Assembly: GCA_037133195.1 (NCBI GenBank)
Contig: JBAXOP010000039.1
Location: 1 to 26,326 of the forward strand
Reading direction: 5' to 3'
Source of the DNA: Verrucomicrobiota bacterium
Lineage (GTDB): Bacteria > Verrucomicrobiota > Verrucomicrobiia > Verrucomicrobiales > Akkermansiaceae
DNA length: 26,326 nucleotides
This document shows positions 1-11,200 of this stretch, one piece after another. The notes under the pieces were generated by a model, which was not told where the DNA came from, searched no databases, and was given only the letters and a program-made list of their open reading frames with translations. Each line of letters starts with the position of its first letter. Position 1 is the stretch's first letter. Position numbers and translations under genes: made by a program.

Positions 1-1401
1 ATTGAGGGTCAAACTCCCGCTGGAACTTGTCAGATTGGCCGCCCAAGTAACGGTCTGGTTGTTGGTATCAACCATGTATTGCTGGGCGGCGGCGCTGCTG
101 AAGCGCCCGGAATAGTCATACTGATTGGCTGCCGAGTATTGCAGCGTGCCACCGTTGAGGATGATCGTGCCGGTGGCCGTTTTCAATTGCTTGCCAAGAG
201 GCCCGGAAACATTCTCATTTTCCGTGATGCCGACGTTGAGGTATCCGGACGTGAGGGTGGTGGTGCCCGTGTAGGTGTTGGCACCGGAAAGGACGACCGT
301 ACTGGTACCGGCAGGGGTGCCGACAACCGTCAGGCTATTGCTGCCGGTGAGTGTGGCGCTGCTAACCGTCAGCGTGCCGACAGCCCCACCCAAGCGGTAG
401 GTGCTGCCAGTTGGGGTGAGCGTACCCGAGTAAGTGACCGAGCCCGATGCACCGAGGCTAGCGGCGCTAAAGCCAGCCGCGTTAAAGTCAATGGCTGCGC
501 TGCTGCTAACATTGAGTGCGATCGCACCGGTGGAACTGGTGACGATTCGTCCGGCTAAAGATGATATATCGGTTGCGCCATTCAGAACCACTGCGCCGCC
601 GGAGCTGACATTCACGGTACCTCCGGCACCGCCGCTAAACGCGAGCGCCGAGTTGAACTGCAACGTGCCCTTGGTAACCGTGAACGTGCCAAGAAAGCCG
701 CTGTTGGTGCCTGACAGAATCAAAGTTGAAGTACCGTTTTGGGTGACGCCGGTGACCGCGGCACCGATGTTCGCGCTGATGGTGGTCGTGTTGCTATTGG
801 TGTTGGTGACCTTCCCGGCGTTGTTTAAAGCGACGGTTGAAATCGTGAATGGCTTGATTCCTAGCAATGAAAGGGCCGAGGTGCCGGTGATCCCACCGCT
901 GATGGTGAGACTCCCGCCTCCATTGTTACCATTGTTCAGGAATGTCGCCGACGAACCTAGAATGATGGGCGTACTAACAACGGCCGAGCCGTCACCGGAC
1001 GTCTTGATCCCCGCCGTCGCACTTGATCCGGTGCCCAAAGTGATACTGGTGCCGCCACTAACGGTGAGTAAGGGATTGCCACCGGAATTCGTCAGATCTA
1101 TGCTATCACATGCCACGGCTCCCGACACCGTGAGCGTGGAGACAGCATTGGGTGATACAATCAGGGTATCCGTGTTTGTTGTGGCAATTCTGTTATCGGC
1201 GAAGGCACCGTTCGATGACGTGGTCCAAAACGAATCCACGCCCCAGGTTCCGGTGGCCGCGCCAAATATCGGCGAGGTGGTGGCACCGTTGGTATCCCAG
1301 TACAGGGTGGCTGCGGGTGCTGGGGCAACACTGATAGCGGAAGCAACTAGCACGCTTATAGATCCGCTACGGACCAGTCGGAAAATCGATGATGGGCTCA
1401 T
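1..1401 (-). CDS. Autotransporter-associated beta-strand-repeat surface protein (N-terminal 467 codons; the 3' end lies beyond the window start)
   Basis: Absent from the ORF track because it runs off the window. I read every + strand triplet from nt 1 to 1401 and found no TTA/CTA/TCA, so there is no minus-strand stop. CAT at 1399-1401 is the ATG, and an in-frame TAA lies upstream at 1438-1440. The translation starts 'MSPSSIFRLVRSGSISVLVASAISVAPAPAATLYWDTNG' (signal-like). It continues with G/T/S/N-rich units such as 'GTSTLILSGTNSGFLGTFTVTKGTLQF' and 'STVVLSGANTYTGTTTLTSGYLNVG...GTIILNGGTLQYS'. This is the signature I associate with autotransporter-associated beta-strand repeats (TIGR02601-type). 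Confidence 0.8.
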   Translation of the reverse strand, partial: MSPSSIFRLVRSGSISVLVASAISVAPAPAATLYWDTNGATTSPIFGAATGTWGVDSFWTTSSNGAFADNRIATTNTDTLIVSPNAVSTLTVSGAVACDSIDLTNSGGNPLLTVSGGTSITLGTGSSATAGIKTSGDGSAVVSTPIILGSSATFLNNGNNGGGSLTISGGITGTSALSLLGIKPFTISTVALNNAGKVTNTNSNTTTISANIGAAVTGVTQNGTSTLILSGTNSGFLGTFTVTKGTLQFNSALAFSGGAGGTVNVSSGGAVVLNGATDISSLAGRIVTSSTGAIALNVSSSAAIDFNAAGFSAASLGASGSVTYSGTLTPTGSTYRLGGAVGTLTVSSATLTGSNSLTVVGTPAGTSTVVLSGANTYTGTTTLTSGYLNVGITENENVSGPLGKQLKTATGTIILNGGTLQYSAANQYDYSGRFSSAAAQQYMVDTNNQTVTWAANLTSSSGSLTLN

Positions 1402-1411
1402 GGGGGGGGGG
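1402..1411 (-). repeat. Homopolymeric C10 tract (G10 on the + strand) directly abutting the ATG at 1401
   Basis: The + strand reads t-gggggggggg-atg at 1401-1414. On the coding strand this is AATAATCAT-CCCCCCCCCC-ATGAGC. The tract lies in the 31-nt gap between the stop of the upstream hydrolase gene (1433-1435) and the start codon at 1401. Confidence 0.9.
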
Positions 1412-1432
1412 ATGATTATTGGGTGGCTTTTA

Positions 1433-4400
1433 TCATTTTAGGCTTACCGGTCCGAGCAAACCCGCGGGTGTCAGCGGAGTGTCCTTCGATACGGTTGCAG
1501 CAGTGATTGATGTGATTCGCTGTTTGAGCGGCAGGGCGGCATCGCCGACGAGGCGGTTGTTCCAAGTGTTGACCACATCAACTTCGAGCGTATTAGAGCC
1601 AAGTTTCACGGCGTCGGTGATATCGAGGCGATAGGGTGGCAGCCAGAGCGTGGCGAGTTGGCGGCCGTTCAGGCGCACGGTGGCGATATCGTTGACTTTG
1701 CCGAGGTCGAGAATCATTGGGGAGCCGGGCGGGCGCTGAGCCAGGACTTCAAACGTCCTGCGATAGGTGGCCTTGCCGGAGAAGTGCTTGATACCCTCTT
1801 CGGGACGCTTCGTCCAATCGGTGAGTACGTCAAAGGTGATTTTCTGAGGTGCACCGCGTCCGGGTGCAAAGCTCACATCCCATGGTCCGGTAATATCTAT
1901 CGGTGCGGGTGTTGCTGCAACTTGCAGTTGGCGTGTCTGACCATCGGCCATCTTCAGTTGGTAATCGCCCGGTTGTCCGCCTTGTACGGAAAAGTTACCG
2001 GCGGAGTCGCGAGTCACTTGGAATGGCTGTTCACTATCTCCGGTGCTGGGTTGCGGCATGGAAACCGCTAGCTGGGCGATCTCGTCAGCGCTCAACGAAC
2101 GCGCTAACGCCACCACTCTGCCAAGCTTGCCGCAAAATTTTGTGCTATCCTGGGTGGCACCGGAATGCACGATGTGGGTGCTCTTCAAGCCGGTTTTTGC
2201 CAGCACACCGTTCAGATACAAAGTGGGCTGGCCATCGTGATAGACCACCGCCAGATGTGTCCAGTTCGTGAGCGTGGCTGCGTGAATGAGCGTGGGCGCA
2301 AAATAATTCCCGCTATGCTCGAACACCCCCACCCCATTGCGCCCGACCGCCAAACCGCAACCGGCGTGCGCCTCGCCACCGAACCCGTTGCCATGCGGCG
2401 GGGGAAATACCTCGTTGCGCTTTTCAGCCATGCCCACGATGCCGCTGTTTGCCTCGCGGACGAGTGAGGTGTCGTCATCGGGCTTCACCCAGACCGCGAA
2501 GGTGAAGTTGTTTGCGCTCTCACTGCCGCCCGAAGCGCCGGGCACCGAATGCACCGTCGTGCCCAGAACTTCCTCGCCGTGGCGCGTGACCGACACGATG
2601 CGTTCGGCCGGTGCCGCTGCTTTCTCGCGGAACACCACAAACACCGAGCCCGTCGGCCCGAACGACATGGGCAACCGCACCTCCCCATCCGCCGCCTCGT
2701 AAACTGCCGGCCGTTCAATGCGGCCGCTATCCGGCCACCATAGCTCCGGTGCCTTGTCGCCGACCCGGAACGCGGCGGTTGTTGTCAGCGATTCAGATTT
2801 TGAATTAGCGACGAAATAAATCTCCGCGTCGTCGCTGTGTCGGTGTGTGAAACCGAGCTGCGCCGATGTTTTAAAATCCGGTTGCAACCCCAGTTCGGCA
2901 AAAACAGTGTCCAAACCCTTGCCCCAGAAGACGCGTCCCTTGCCTAACAAATGCTCACCCGGCTCTTTCGCATTGGCATCGCCCCAGATTTCGCGGGCCA
3001 GTGATTGCACCTCGGCGTCGCACTTCGGAAAATTTTCCAAGCTCGGTGATCGCGATGGGGGTGCTCCCACAACCGTCGCCCCGGCCTTCACCAGATCACG
3101 GATTTTTCCTAGCAACTCGGGACGCATCCTCGCCGACTCCGGTAATGCCAGCAACCGGAAGCTCATGCCGTCGGGCAAGACCAGGCGACCATCTTTCACC
3201 GCCAGCCGATGCTCGATCACATCGGCATTGATGAAGTCATAGTCGAATCCCGGCGGCAAGGGGGGCTGCTGCGGACCGGCGAATTTGGGCGCGTCCTCGC
3301 TGATGAAATAGGCCACATCGGCCACGTGCTTGCCAGTCTGCAAGAGCACTGTACTGCGGCGCAGATAGTCAATCCACGCCTTCGATTGTTCGAACCATGT
3401 GTTGTTACGGTTAAACTCAGTGCCGAAGCCGGCATTGATGCCAGGTGGTTTGTCGTCTGTCGGTTGGTGGATATTCACGTGAAACACGAATTGATTGATC
3501 CCTTCGCAAAACGCCCAGTCGCCGCGTGCTTTCAAATCGCGTGGTGAGTTAATGAATGCCGGACCGCCGGTGAATGCCTCCGCCCACGTGATAGGTTTGT
3601 TATAAATGTTTGCGGCGGAGGAAGCATCGCGCAATTCATAGCGGCCAAGGTAGCCCGTATCCTGCTTATTCTCAAAATCACCGCTGGCCCAGAACTCGCC
3701 GGCTATCTCGTCGCACAAACCGCCATACTGCAAAAACTCCGCAGGAAAACCCCAGTGCCCGTAATTCTCCAGCCACATCTTCATGCCGTGTTCATGGCAC
3801 AAGTCGCTCAGACCACCAACGTAATCCTTCGCAATTCGGTCTGCCACCAAGCGCCGCAAATCCCAGAGGAAACGATCTGATAAATCCACGCTGCCGACGA
3901 TGCGCCCGGTCATCACCGGCAAAAACGGCATCGGATCGTAACCATAGCGCTTCAGAAAATCCGCCGCGAATCCGTCGGTCCAATTTTGCGGGCCCGTCTC
4001 ATAACTGTCGGCCACCACGTGTTTCCACGATTTACGATCTGCCGCCGGAATACGCTTGAGCAGATTGCCGACATAAGCATCAAAGTGCGAGCGCAACGGG
4101 ACGCGGTTCATCTTGTCCACTTCAAATCCAGTAGCCTCTGGCGGGGCCGGGCTGTTTTTGGTGCCGGTCGGCGTAAGTGCCGTGCGCAACACAATCCAGT
4201 CGCCCGCGGGCACCTCCCAATTCAATGTTCCATCCGGCGCCATCAGCTTGCTCAGATCGCGCACGGCGTCCGGTTTGACCGTTAGGCCGTCCGCATTTGG
4301 CTCGGCAACATTGGGCCAGGTATAAAAGTCATAAAGAGCATGTGGATCCTGACATACCTTCTGCATGGCTTTCTCTGCAAAGCTTTCCACGCGTGCCGCC

Positions 4401-5230
4401 GGCGAGACATGAATGTCGCCGAGTTCGCAAGCCGCGGAAAATTTCAACTGGAAAAACCGCGCTGTGGTGGCTGGAAAGGAGGCCACCACTGGTGCGAGCG
4501 GCACCGGGCCGACGCCGACACCGAGGTTGTGCCGGTCAATCGCGAATTTCTTCACCGTGCGAAATTGCTTCCCGTCATCCGAGGCCAGTAACTCAGCCGC
4601 GACGTTCACGAGCTTCACCGGTTGCACTGTCACACTCCGCGCCGTGAAGGGCGAGGGCATCTCAAAGCTAATAAGCGATGGCGTGCGCGAGGTGATCTTC
4701 GCGACTTCGCCTTCACCGGCCGGAACCGGAAATGCCAGCACCGCGAGATCTTCATACTCACCCGTCGGCACCGGTAGCTTGCCTACAAAATGCTGCGGCC
4801 CGTGCAAGCGCAATTCCGGCAGCGTGACATAGCGCATCGCCTGCGAGGGTTTCACCCATGGCCCGCCCGACTGGCTCCAGCCCGGCGAATTGAACAGGCC
4901 AACGTCCACGCCGAGCCGTGTGCCTTCGCGTACGGCGTGCTCGATGAAGCTCCACCACTCGTCCGTAAGTGCCTTGGACGTGCTACTCGTCGGCGTTCCG
5001 CTCTGGCCGCTGATGACGCCGATGTACCCTTCGCCAATGCCCACGCGCTTCATCGCTTCCAGATCACGCGTGATGCCCACCTTCGAAATTTGACCGTCCA
5101 TCCAATACCAATAGCAGCGCGGCTTGGTGGTTTCCGGTGGCTGGGTGAAAGCGGACTCAAGCGAATCGGCGTAAACGCTACAGGCTAGCAAGCTAGCGAA
5201 CAGCAGATGCTTGGAGGGGGGGATTTTCAT
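1433..5230 (-). CDS. Secreted glycoside hydrolase, GH106-like (rhamnosidase-type N-terminal region), with an internal LamG/concanavalin-like insert and a C-terminal galactose-binding-like jelly roll
   Basis: Complete 1265-aa ORF in the track. Signal peptide 'MKIPPSKHLLFASLLACSVYA'. 'KPRCYWYWMDGQISKVGITRDLEAMKRVGIGEGYIG' matches the N-terminal signature I recall for GH106 / 'GH2 sugar-binding'-annotated enzymes. LamG-like segment 'FTFAVWVKPDDD...WTHLAVVYHDGQPTLYLNGVL'. C-terminal 'FSGKATYRRTFEV...VRLNGRQLATLWLPPYRLDITDAVKLGSNTLEVDVVNTWNNRL'. The family assignment is from memory and was not searched. Confidence 0.75.
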   Translation of the reverse strand: MKIPPSKHLLFASLLACSVYADSLESAFTQPPETTKPRCYWYWMDGQISKVGITRDLEAMKRVGIGEGYIGVISGQSGTPTSSTSKALTDEWWSFIEHAVREGTRLGVDVGLFNSPGWSQSGGPWVKPSQAMRYVTLPELRLHGPQHFVGKLPVPTGEYEDLAVLAFPVPAGEGEVAKITSRTPSLISFEMPSPFTARSVTVQPVKLVNVAAELLASDDGKQFRTVKKFAIDRHNLGVGVGPVPLAPVVASFPATTARFFQLKFSAACELGDIHVSPAARVESFAEKAMQKVCQDPHALYDFYTWPNVAEPNADGLTVKPDAVRDLSKLMAPDGTLNWEVPAGDWIVLRTALTPTGTKNSPAPPEATGFEVDKMNRVPLRSHFDAYVGNLLKRIPAADRKSWKHVVADSYETGPQNWTDGFAADFLKRYGYDPMPFLPVMTGRIVGSVDLSDRFLWDLRRLVADRIAKDYVGGLSDLCHEHGMKMWLENYGHWGFPAEFLQYGGLCDEIAGEFWASGDFENKQDTGYLGRYELRDASSAANIYNKPITWAEAFTGGPAFINSPRDLKARGDWAFCEGINQFVFHVNIHQPTDDKPPGINAGFGTEFNRNNTWFEQSKAWIDYLRRSTVLLQTGKHVADVAYFISEDAPKFAGPQQPPLPPGFDYDFINADVIEHRLAVKDGRLVLPDGMSFRLLALPESARMRPELLGKIRDLVKAGATVVGAPPSRSPSLENFPKCDAEVQSLAREIWGDANAKEPGEHLLGKGRVFWGKGLDTVFAELGLQPDFKTSAQLGFTHRHSDDAEIYFVANSKSESLTTTAAFRVGDKAPELWWPDSGRIERPAVYEAADGEVRLPMSFGPTGSVFVVFREKAAAPAERIVSVTRHGEEVLGTTVHSVPGASGGSESANNFTFAVWVKPDDDTSLVREANSGIVGMAEKRNEVFPPPHGNGFGGEAHAGCGLAVGRNGVGVFEHSGNYFAPTLIHAATLTNWTHLAVVYHDGQPTLYLNGVLAKTGLKSTHIVHSGATQDSTKFCGKLGRVVALARSLSADEIAQLAVSMPQPSTGDSEQPFQVTRDSAGNFSVQGGQPGDYQLKMADGQTRQLQVAATPAPIDITGPWDVSFAPGRGAPQKITFDVLTDWTKRPEEGIKHFSGKATYRRTFEVLAQRPPGSPMILDLGKVNDIATVRLNGRQLATLWLPPYRLDITDAVKLGSNTLEVDVVNTWNNRLVGDAALPLKQRITSITAATVSKDTPLTPAGLLGPVSLK

Positions 5231-5264
5231 GGCTTCATCAATCGTCTCGGATTTTGTTCCGTTT

Positions 5265-8200
5265 CTATTCCACCCGCACGTTTAAACGATAGAAAATTTT
5301 CCCCGCAGTGGCGGGCAAGGTGAGGGTGATAGTCTGTCCGCCGCCGACGATGTTGATATAACCAGGCGAGCCTTGCCAGGATGTGGGGTTGGACAAATCA
5401 CCGCTAGTCTCCAAGTCATACTTGCGGGTGCATCCGGCATAACCGGTGCCCGTCGCCGCGCGTGCCACAAAACTCAGAGTGAATGAGTTGCCAGTTGCAC
5501 GGGTCACCACTAACGGTGGCGGCGTGAAACCATGCGGATCGGTACCTAATGTGTACTCAACTAAATTGCTCAATCCGTCGCCATCCGGGTCGGCACCGTC
5601 GGCGGCCAGGCCTGTGGTGATTTCCGCAGGCGTGAAATACTCGCTGCGCCAAGCGGTGACCAACGAGATAGGTGTGGCGCTGACCTGACCGGAGTTATTA
5701 CTTTCCCCTCCACTGTTGGTTGCCGACACCACGTAGTAATAGGTGGTTCCACTCGCCACCATGACATCCGTATATCCCGTGCCACCAGCCGCTCCAACCA
5801 TCACATACGGACCACCGCTCACCAGCGAGCGTTTCACGTTGTAGCCACTCGCCCCGCTCACGGCTGTCCATATCAGGCCGACCGAATTAATGCCCGCTGT
5901 AGCAACCAAGTTGGCAGGTGGCGACGCCGGTGCTGGCGGAAGCACCGGCAAGGCACTGGCCTGGCCCGAGTCTGACGATTCGCCGAGTGCGGTGCTCACC
6001 GAGATCACATAGTAATAGCGGGTGCCATTGGCCAAGGAGGCATCAATCGCGCTGGTGCCTAACTCATTGCCTAGCGTCGTGTACGGCCCGCCAGCGGTGA
6101 GTGAACGTTTGATAGTATAATTGGTGGCTCCCGGCACCGCATTCCAACTCAGCGCAATCTGCCCATCTCCCGCCACCGCCGTCAAACCGGTGGGACACGG
6201 CTGGAATCCTGGAGTCACGTCGTGTAAGGCATAACCGTGAATCTCCATCTCACTGACGTATCTTGTTAGAACAATATTAGCCGTTGAATCCCCGGCAGTC
6301 CATATTGCGGTAAGCAAGGATGGCTGGCTTCCCGGCCAAGTCACCGGTGCCGCCCCCTCCACCACCACACTGCAATTCGCAGGATTCGGCGTGATGAGTT
6401 GCAACCTATAGCTGTGCCCGGGCGTTAAACCAGGTATGTCCAAGTACTCCGCAGAACTCGACGTCCATGTGTACGAACGCATGAATTTCCCAAACCCCGT
6501 GGCATCCGTTAACAACGGCACTTTCCCGTGTGCATCGGTATCCGTCCGCTGGTTGGATGCATACCATCCCGAGGTCATCTGTGCCACGCTGGTCCCGAAG
6601 ACCAATCCGTTTGCCAAGGTGATCGGCGCCACCGCCGATGTGCCGGTATGATTGGCCGCAATAAGCGTGCCGGTGCTGAGGATTTCCGCGCCGCTCGATG
6701 CGGCTGTGATCGCAAGAACAGTGTTAGAAAAAACCACATTAGGCGCGACGATGATCCTGACCGTATAGTCCTGATAGGCCGTGCCATTCTCGGCACGCAC
6801 CCGGTAGGTTACCGTGTTGGCGAAATTCTGCGCAGTGCTAGGCGTGATAGTGCTACCCACGGCCGCGACAAACGTCGGCGTCAGCGAGCTGATCGCAGTG
6901 CCACTGGGCACCGTAATACTGATGTTACTATCGGTGATAGTGGCGGCACCCAAGGCACCGAAGCTACAAGTGTCAATAGTGGTGTAGGCATTGGCAGCGG
7001 CTGTTCTCACGCCACGATCGATGAGCTGCCACCCGTTAAGCGTGGCGGATGTGGTGTTGAGCATCGCCTGGACGTGGATTTCCCCGGCGGAGTTAGGGAT
7101 CAGGCCATCGAGCAAGCCATAGTTCAATCCATTGCGCCAATCACTCGCCGCAGCCCCTCCGGCCACCATTTGCTGGACCGGACCCACCCGATAGGTTGCG
7201 CTGGTGCTGGTGGTGCCGGATTGGCTGGCCAGCGCGAGTTGATAGTTATGGGTGGTATCGAGGCCGGACAATTTGAAGAGGGTTTTGTAGCTGAGCAAAT
7301 TCGGGCTCTGGCTCAGCGTCACCCCACCCTTGAGCAATCTGGCGCTGCCGAGGCCGCCACTCAAAGAACTGGAACTGCCATGCGTAACAAGCAACGCCGA
7401 AACCCCGATGCTGGTGGCCACCCCTTCCGAATTCTTCAGACTGGCTAGAGCCGCAGTGCCATCCGACCCAGTGTTCCAGTAATTCACCGCCGTGGCCGCC
7501 GCATTGATGCCGTCGTAATCAAACGGAGCCACCCGACTGGCCGTGCCTCGATCACTCGCAGAGTAGGAGCTGATGCCATTCATATAGATGCTCGAACTGG
7601 GATGATAGTCCAGGTTCACGCACACCGGGGCCGCCACCGGGATAGCTGCAGATTCGTTCGAAACAAAGCTGGTTCCTCCCGTACCGGTGGCCGTCACCAC
7701 ATAATAATAGGTACTACCATTGACAACCGCGCTGTCCTGATAGCTGGTGGTCGTTAGACCGCTGGCTAGAGTCGTGTACGCACCGCCAGCCACCAGCGAG
7801 CGTTGCACCGAATAACTGGTAGCGAATGGCGAGGCCGACCAGGCGAGGGCGACGAAAGAATCCAACGGAGTGGCGCTGAGGTTGGCCGGGGCCAGCGGTG
7901 CGGTGCTACCTAGGCAATGGAACAGAACACCCGCCGGCACCACTTGCTGGGATATGCTCGAACTCTTCCAATAAAGCGTAAAATGATTCTCGCCACCATA
8001 CTCGACATACTCCAGGCGCAGCGAGTGATAGCCCGCGGTCAAGTGCAGGGGCGCACTGACGCCAGGGTTCGGGAAGACCTCTACAACCACCAGTGTCTCA
8101 TCAATCCACAACTTACTGTTATCGTCCGCTGATAGGATGAACGTGTAATTGCCACTCGTCGGCACATTGATATATCCCGTGTGCCGCGAACTGAAATTGT

Positions 8201-11200
8201 CGGTAAAACCCGCCGGCCAACCAGTGTTGCTGATGTTCAAAATGGAATCAAAACGCGTCGCATCGGGCGTTTTGCTGCTTATGTCCGGCCATGATCCGGT
8301 GAATCCACCCGGCCACAGGTAGCATTCCGTATAAACCTGCGCGGAAACCACTCCCATACTCAGAAATACGGTGGCAATGTTAGAATCCGCCTTGCCGTCA
8401 TTCACCTTGAAGGTGAAACTATCGATCGAGTTGTAGCCGGCCACCGGCGTGTAGGTGAGATTAGGTGCCGTGCCCGTGAGAGTGCCGCGCAACGGCTGGC
8501 TCATAACGATGTAAGTGAGCGGATCGTTATCCGCATCGGTGGCATCCAGGACCACGCCCGTGGCGCTGCCGACAGCCACCGGCACACCGCGGTTGAGCGC
8601 AACGGGCGGCTGATTGACCGGACTGATCGTGATACTAACCGTCGCCGCCACCGATACCACCCCTTCGCTGTCAGTCACGGTGAAGCTCAGGCTGTCGCCG
8701 CCATCGTAAAGGGCGGTGGGCGTGTATATCAGGTTGGGCACCACCCCGCTGAGCGTGCCATGGGTGGGCGAACTGGCGAGTTGATAGCTGATGGCATAGC
8801 CTTCCGGGTCGGTACCGCTCAGGGTGATAGGCAGGGCCGTGCTCTCCAGCGTGCTGAGGCTTTGAGCGAGGGCCACCGGCGCGTCATTCACTGCACTGAT
8901 GCCAATAACCACCGTCGCCAGGCCCGAGGTGGCAGTGCCATCGTTGACGGTGAAAGTGAAACTGTCGCTGCCGTTATAGTTGGTGGCCGGGGTATAGGAT
9001 CGGTTTGCTGCGCTGCCGCTCAGCGTGCCATGGGCGGGCCCGGTAACGATGCTATAGGTGAGCGGATTCAAATCCGCATCGCTGCCTGTCAGAGTGATCG
9101 TCTTGGGGGTGTCTTCCAAGGTAGTCACATATTGGTTTTGAGCTACCGGCGTGCTGTTGGTGCTGGTGCCAACCGTGATCGTGACGGTGGCGCTGCTGGA
9201 GTCCACCTTGCCGTCGTTGGCCTTGAATGTGAAACTGGTGGTGCCAGTAAAACCCGCCACCGGAGTATATGTTAGGTCGGGTGGCGTACCCGCCAACGTG
9301 CCACTGGCCGGGGCACTCACCACGGTATAAGTCAGGACATTGCCATCAGCGTCGCTGGCTGCTAGAGTGATATCCTTGGCCGTATTCAGCGCGGTGGTGA
9401 CGTTTTGGTTTGTGGCCACTGGCGACCGGTTCGGATCGGGCACCACCGTGATGGTTAGGTCGCGGGTGACCGGTCCGAATTTATTCGGATCGAGCACGGC
9501 ATCGGTCACGCCTAGGCGAACCAGATAGGTGCCCGGGGTGTCGAAGCTTGCGGTGGTGGTATTACTGGTTAAGGAGGCGTTTGAACTGAACGTCACGCCA
9601 CCCGCACCGCGCAATTTGCTCCAAGTGTAAACGAGCGATGCCCCATTGCCATCAATGTCTGCGGCGCTCGCACTCAAATTGGTGCTGCCGACCGGCATGG
9701 CCACTGTGGTGGCGCTCGCTGTGCAAGTATTGATAGTCTTGAAATATGCCAGCGTGTGCGTACTCGTATCGGTTTGGATCGCTGCAATTGTCGCCGTCAG
9801 ATCGTACCCATTGCCATTCCAGGATGTGAGTGTCGGCAACGTGCCGACAGCCGTCGATCCATACTTTTGCAAGGCTGTCTGGCAGGTATTCGAGTCGGTT
9901 GGCCAGGCCCGGCCATATTCCTGGTTGAGAAATGTCATGGCCGCCGGAATGCCTTCGTCTATGTTGTATTTTGAGAGAACACTCACGCACGCATTGGCGA
10001 GCCCACCCTGACAAATTGTATGGTCAGTGAGCAAGGCAGTGGTGATGGTAGGGGCTAGAGCTTGGACATTTGCCAGCGACAACGCATTGCGGAAGGTGTT
10101 GGCAAGGCAACCCCGGCCGAGCGACTGGGACATAGCGGTAATGGCCGGATAAAGCAAGCTGGTGGACACCCCGCTGATGGAATTACCAAGCTGCCCCTCA
10201 AACGCCGCGCTGCCAAGGTCGCCGTATGCGATTTGATAGGGATCGGCCCAATTGATCGGTTCGACCGGTTGGGCGTTGGCCGTGATACTCGTGAGCATGT
10301 CGCTCAACACCCCAGAGGCCGCAGAGCCCAGGTTTTTGAGGGCATCGGCCGCATAGTAACGCACATGATAATCCGTGTCATTGAGCCGGTCACGAAGCAC
10401 GCTCGCGGCCGCCGTTGGCTTGATCCGTCCCAACGCTTGGCACGCACCTTTGCGGGCATTCAAATTGGTTAAATCGGCGGCCATCGTCAGCAACGTGGCC
10501 ACTTTGGTGGAGGCGTCTGAGCGCTTGGCCAATTCGGCGGCGGCCCAGTTGCGTTTTTGCGATGACCAACTGCCGAGGCAGGCTATGAGTTGATCGCTGG
10601 TTAGGGCCATCAGGTCGTTGCGCAACGAATACACCCCGTCGGTGATTGCTTCGCTCACATCGGCGGCGCTGATATAATTCGCCGCACTTTGGCTCTTGCC
10701 TGTTAGATAAATCTTCTTCAGCCCCGTAGCGTAGGTCAGCAAAAAACAGGCGGTGTCGCTATCGGTGCCCAGGCCGGCGGCACCGGCTTTAGCGCCGGTG
10801 GCCGAGTGATAGACGAACGAGCCATCCCAGCAGCGGACGAGGTCGAGTTCCCACTCGATTTGTTGGAAATAAGCGGCCATGGCGGTGGGGCCGCCGACAT
10901 TGACGCCGAGGGGTTGCCAGAGGTGTGCCCAATACGGGCCGCAATGGCCCGTTTCGCGCAAGTTATAGGCAGCGGTGCAGGACTTGGCAAAATACTGGGC
11001 ATGGCTGCTCATATCCTCTTGGGATTGCAGCGCCATGAGCAAGGTCGCCAGACCGTTTTTGCCGTTATCGTCATGCAAATCCTCCGGCGGCGAATGCCCG
11101 TAAGGCACCGCTCCCTTGCCGGCAAAATAGCCGAAATACTTGCGGGCCCGGGTGATGGCTGGCTCAATCTCCGGATCAATGGTGGCATCACCGGCGACGG

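Noticed and set aside
79-1441. Plus-strand track ORFs 79..558 (159 aa) and 434..1441 (335 aa)
   Set aside because: Their translations are A/P/V/L-rich low-complexity sequence. They lie antisense to a fully open minus-strand frame (1-1401) that encodes recognisable beta-strand repeats. I treat them as shadow ORFs of a GC-rich gene.
5216-5222. C7 run in codons 4-6 of the GH106-like gene (MKIPPSK)
   Set aside because: It is short for efficient slippage and simply encodes Pro-Pro in a signal peptide. I mention it only alongside the C10 tract.
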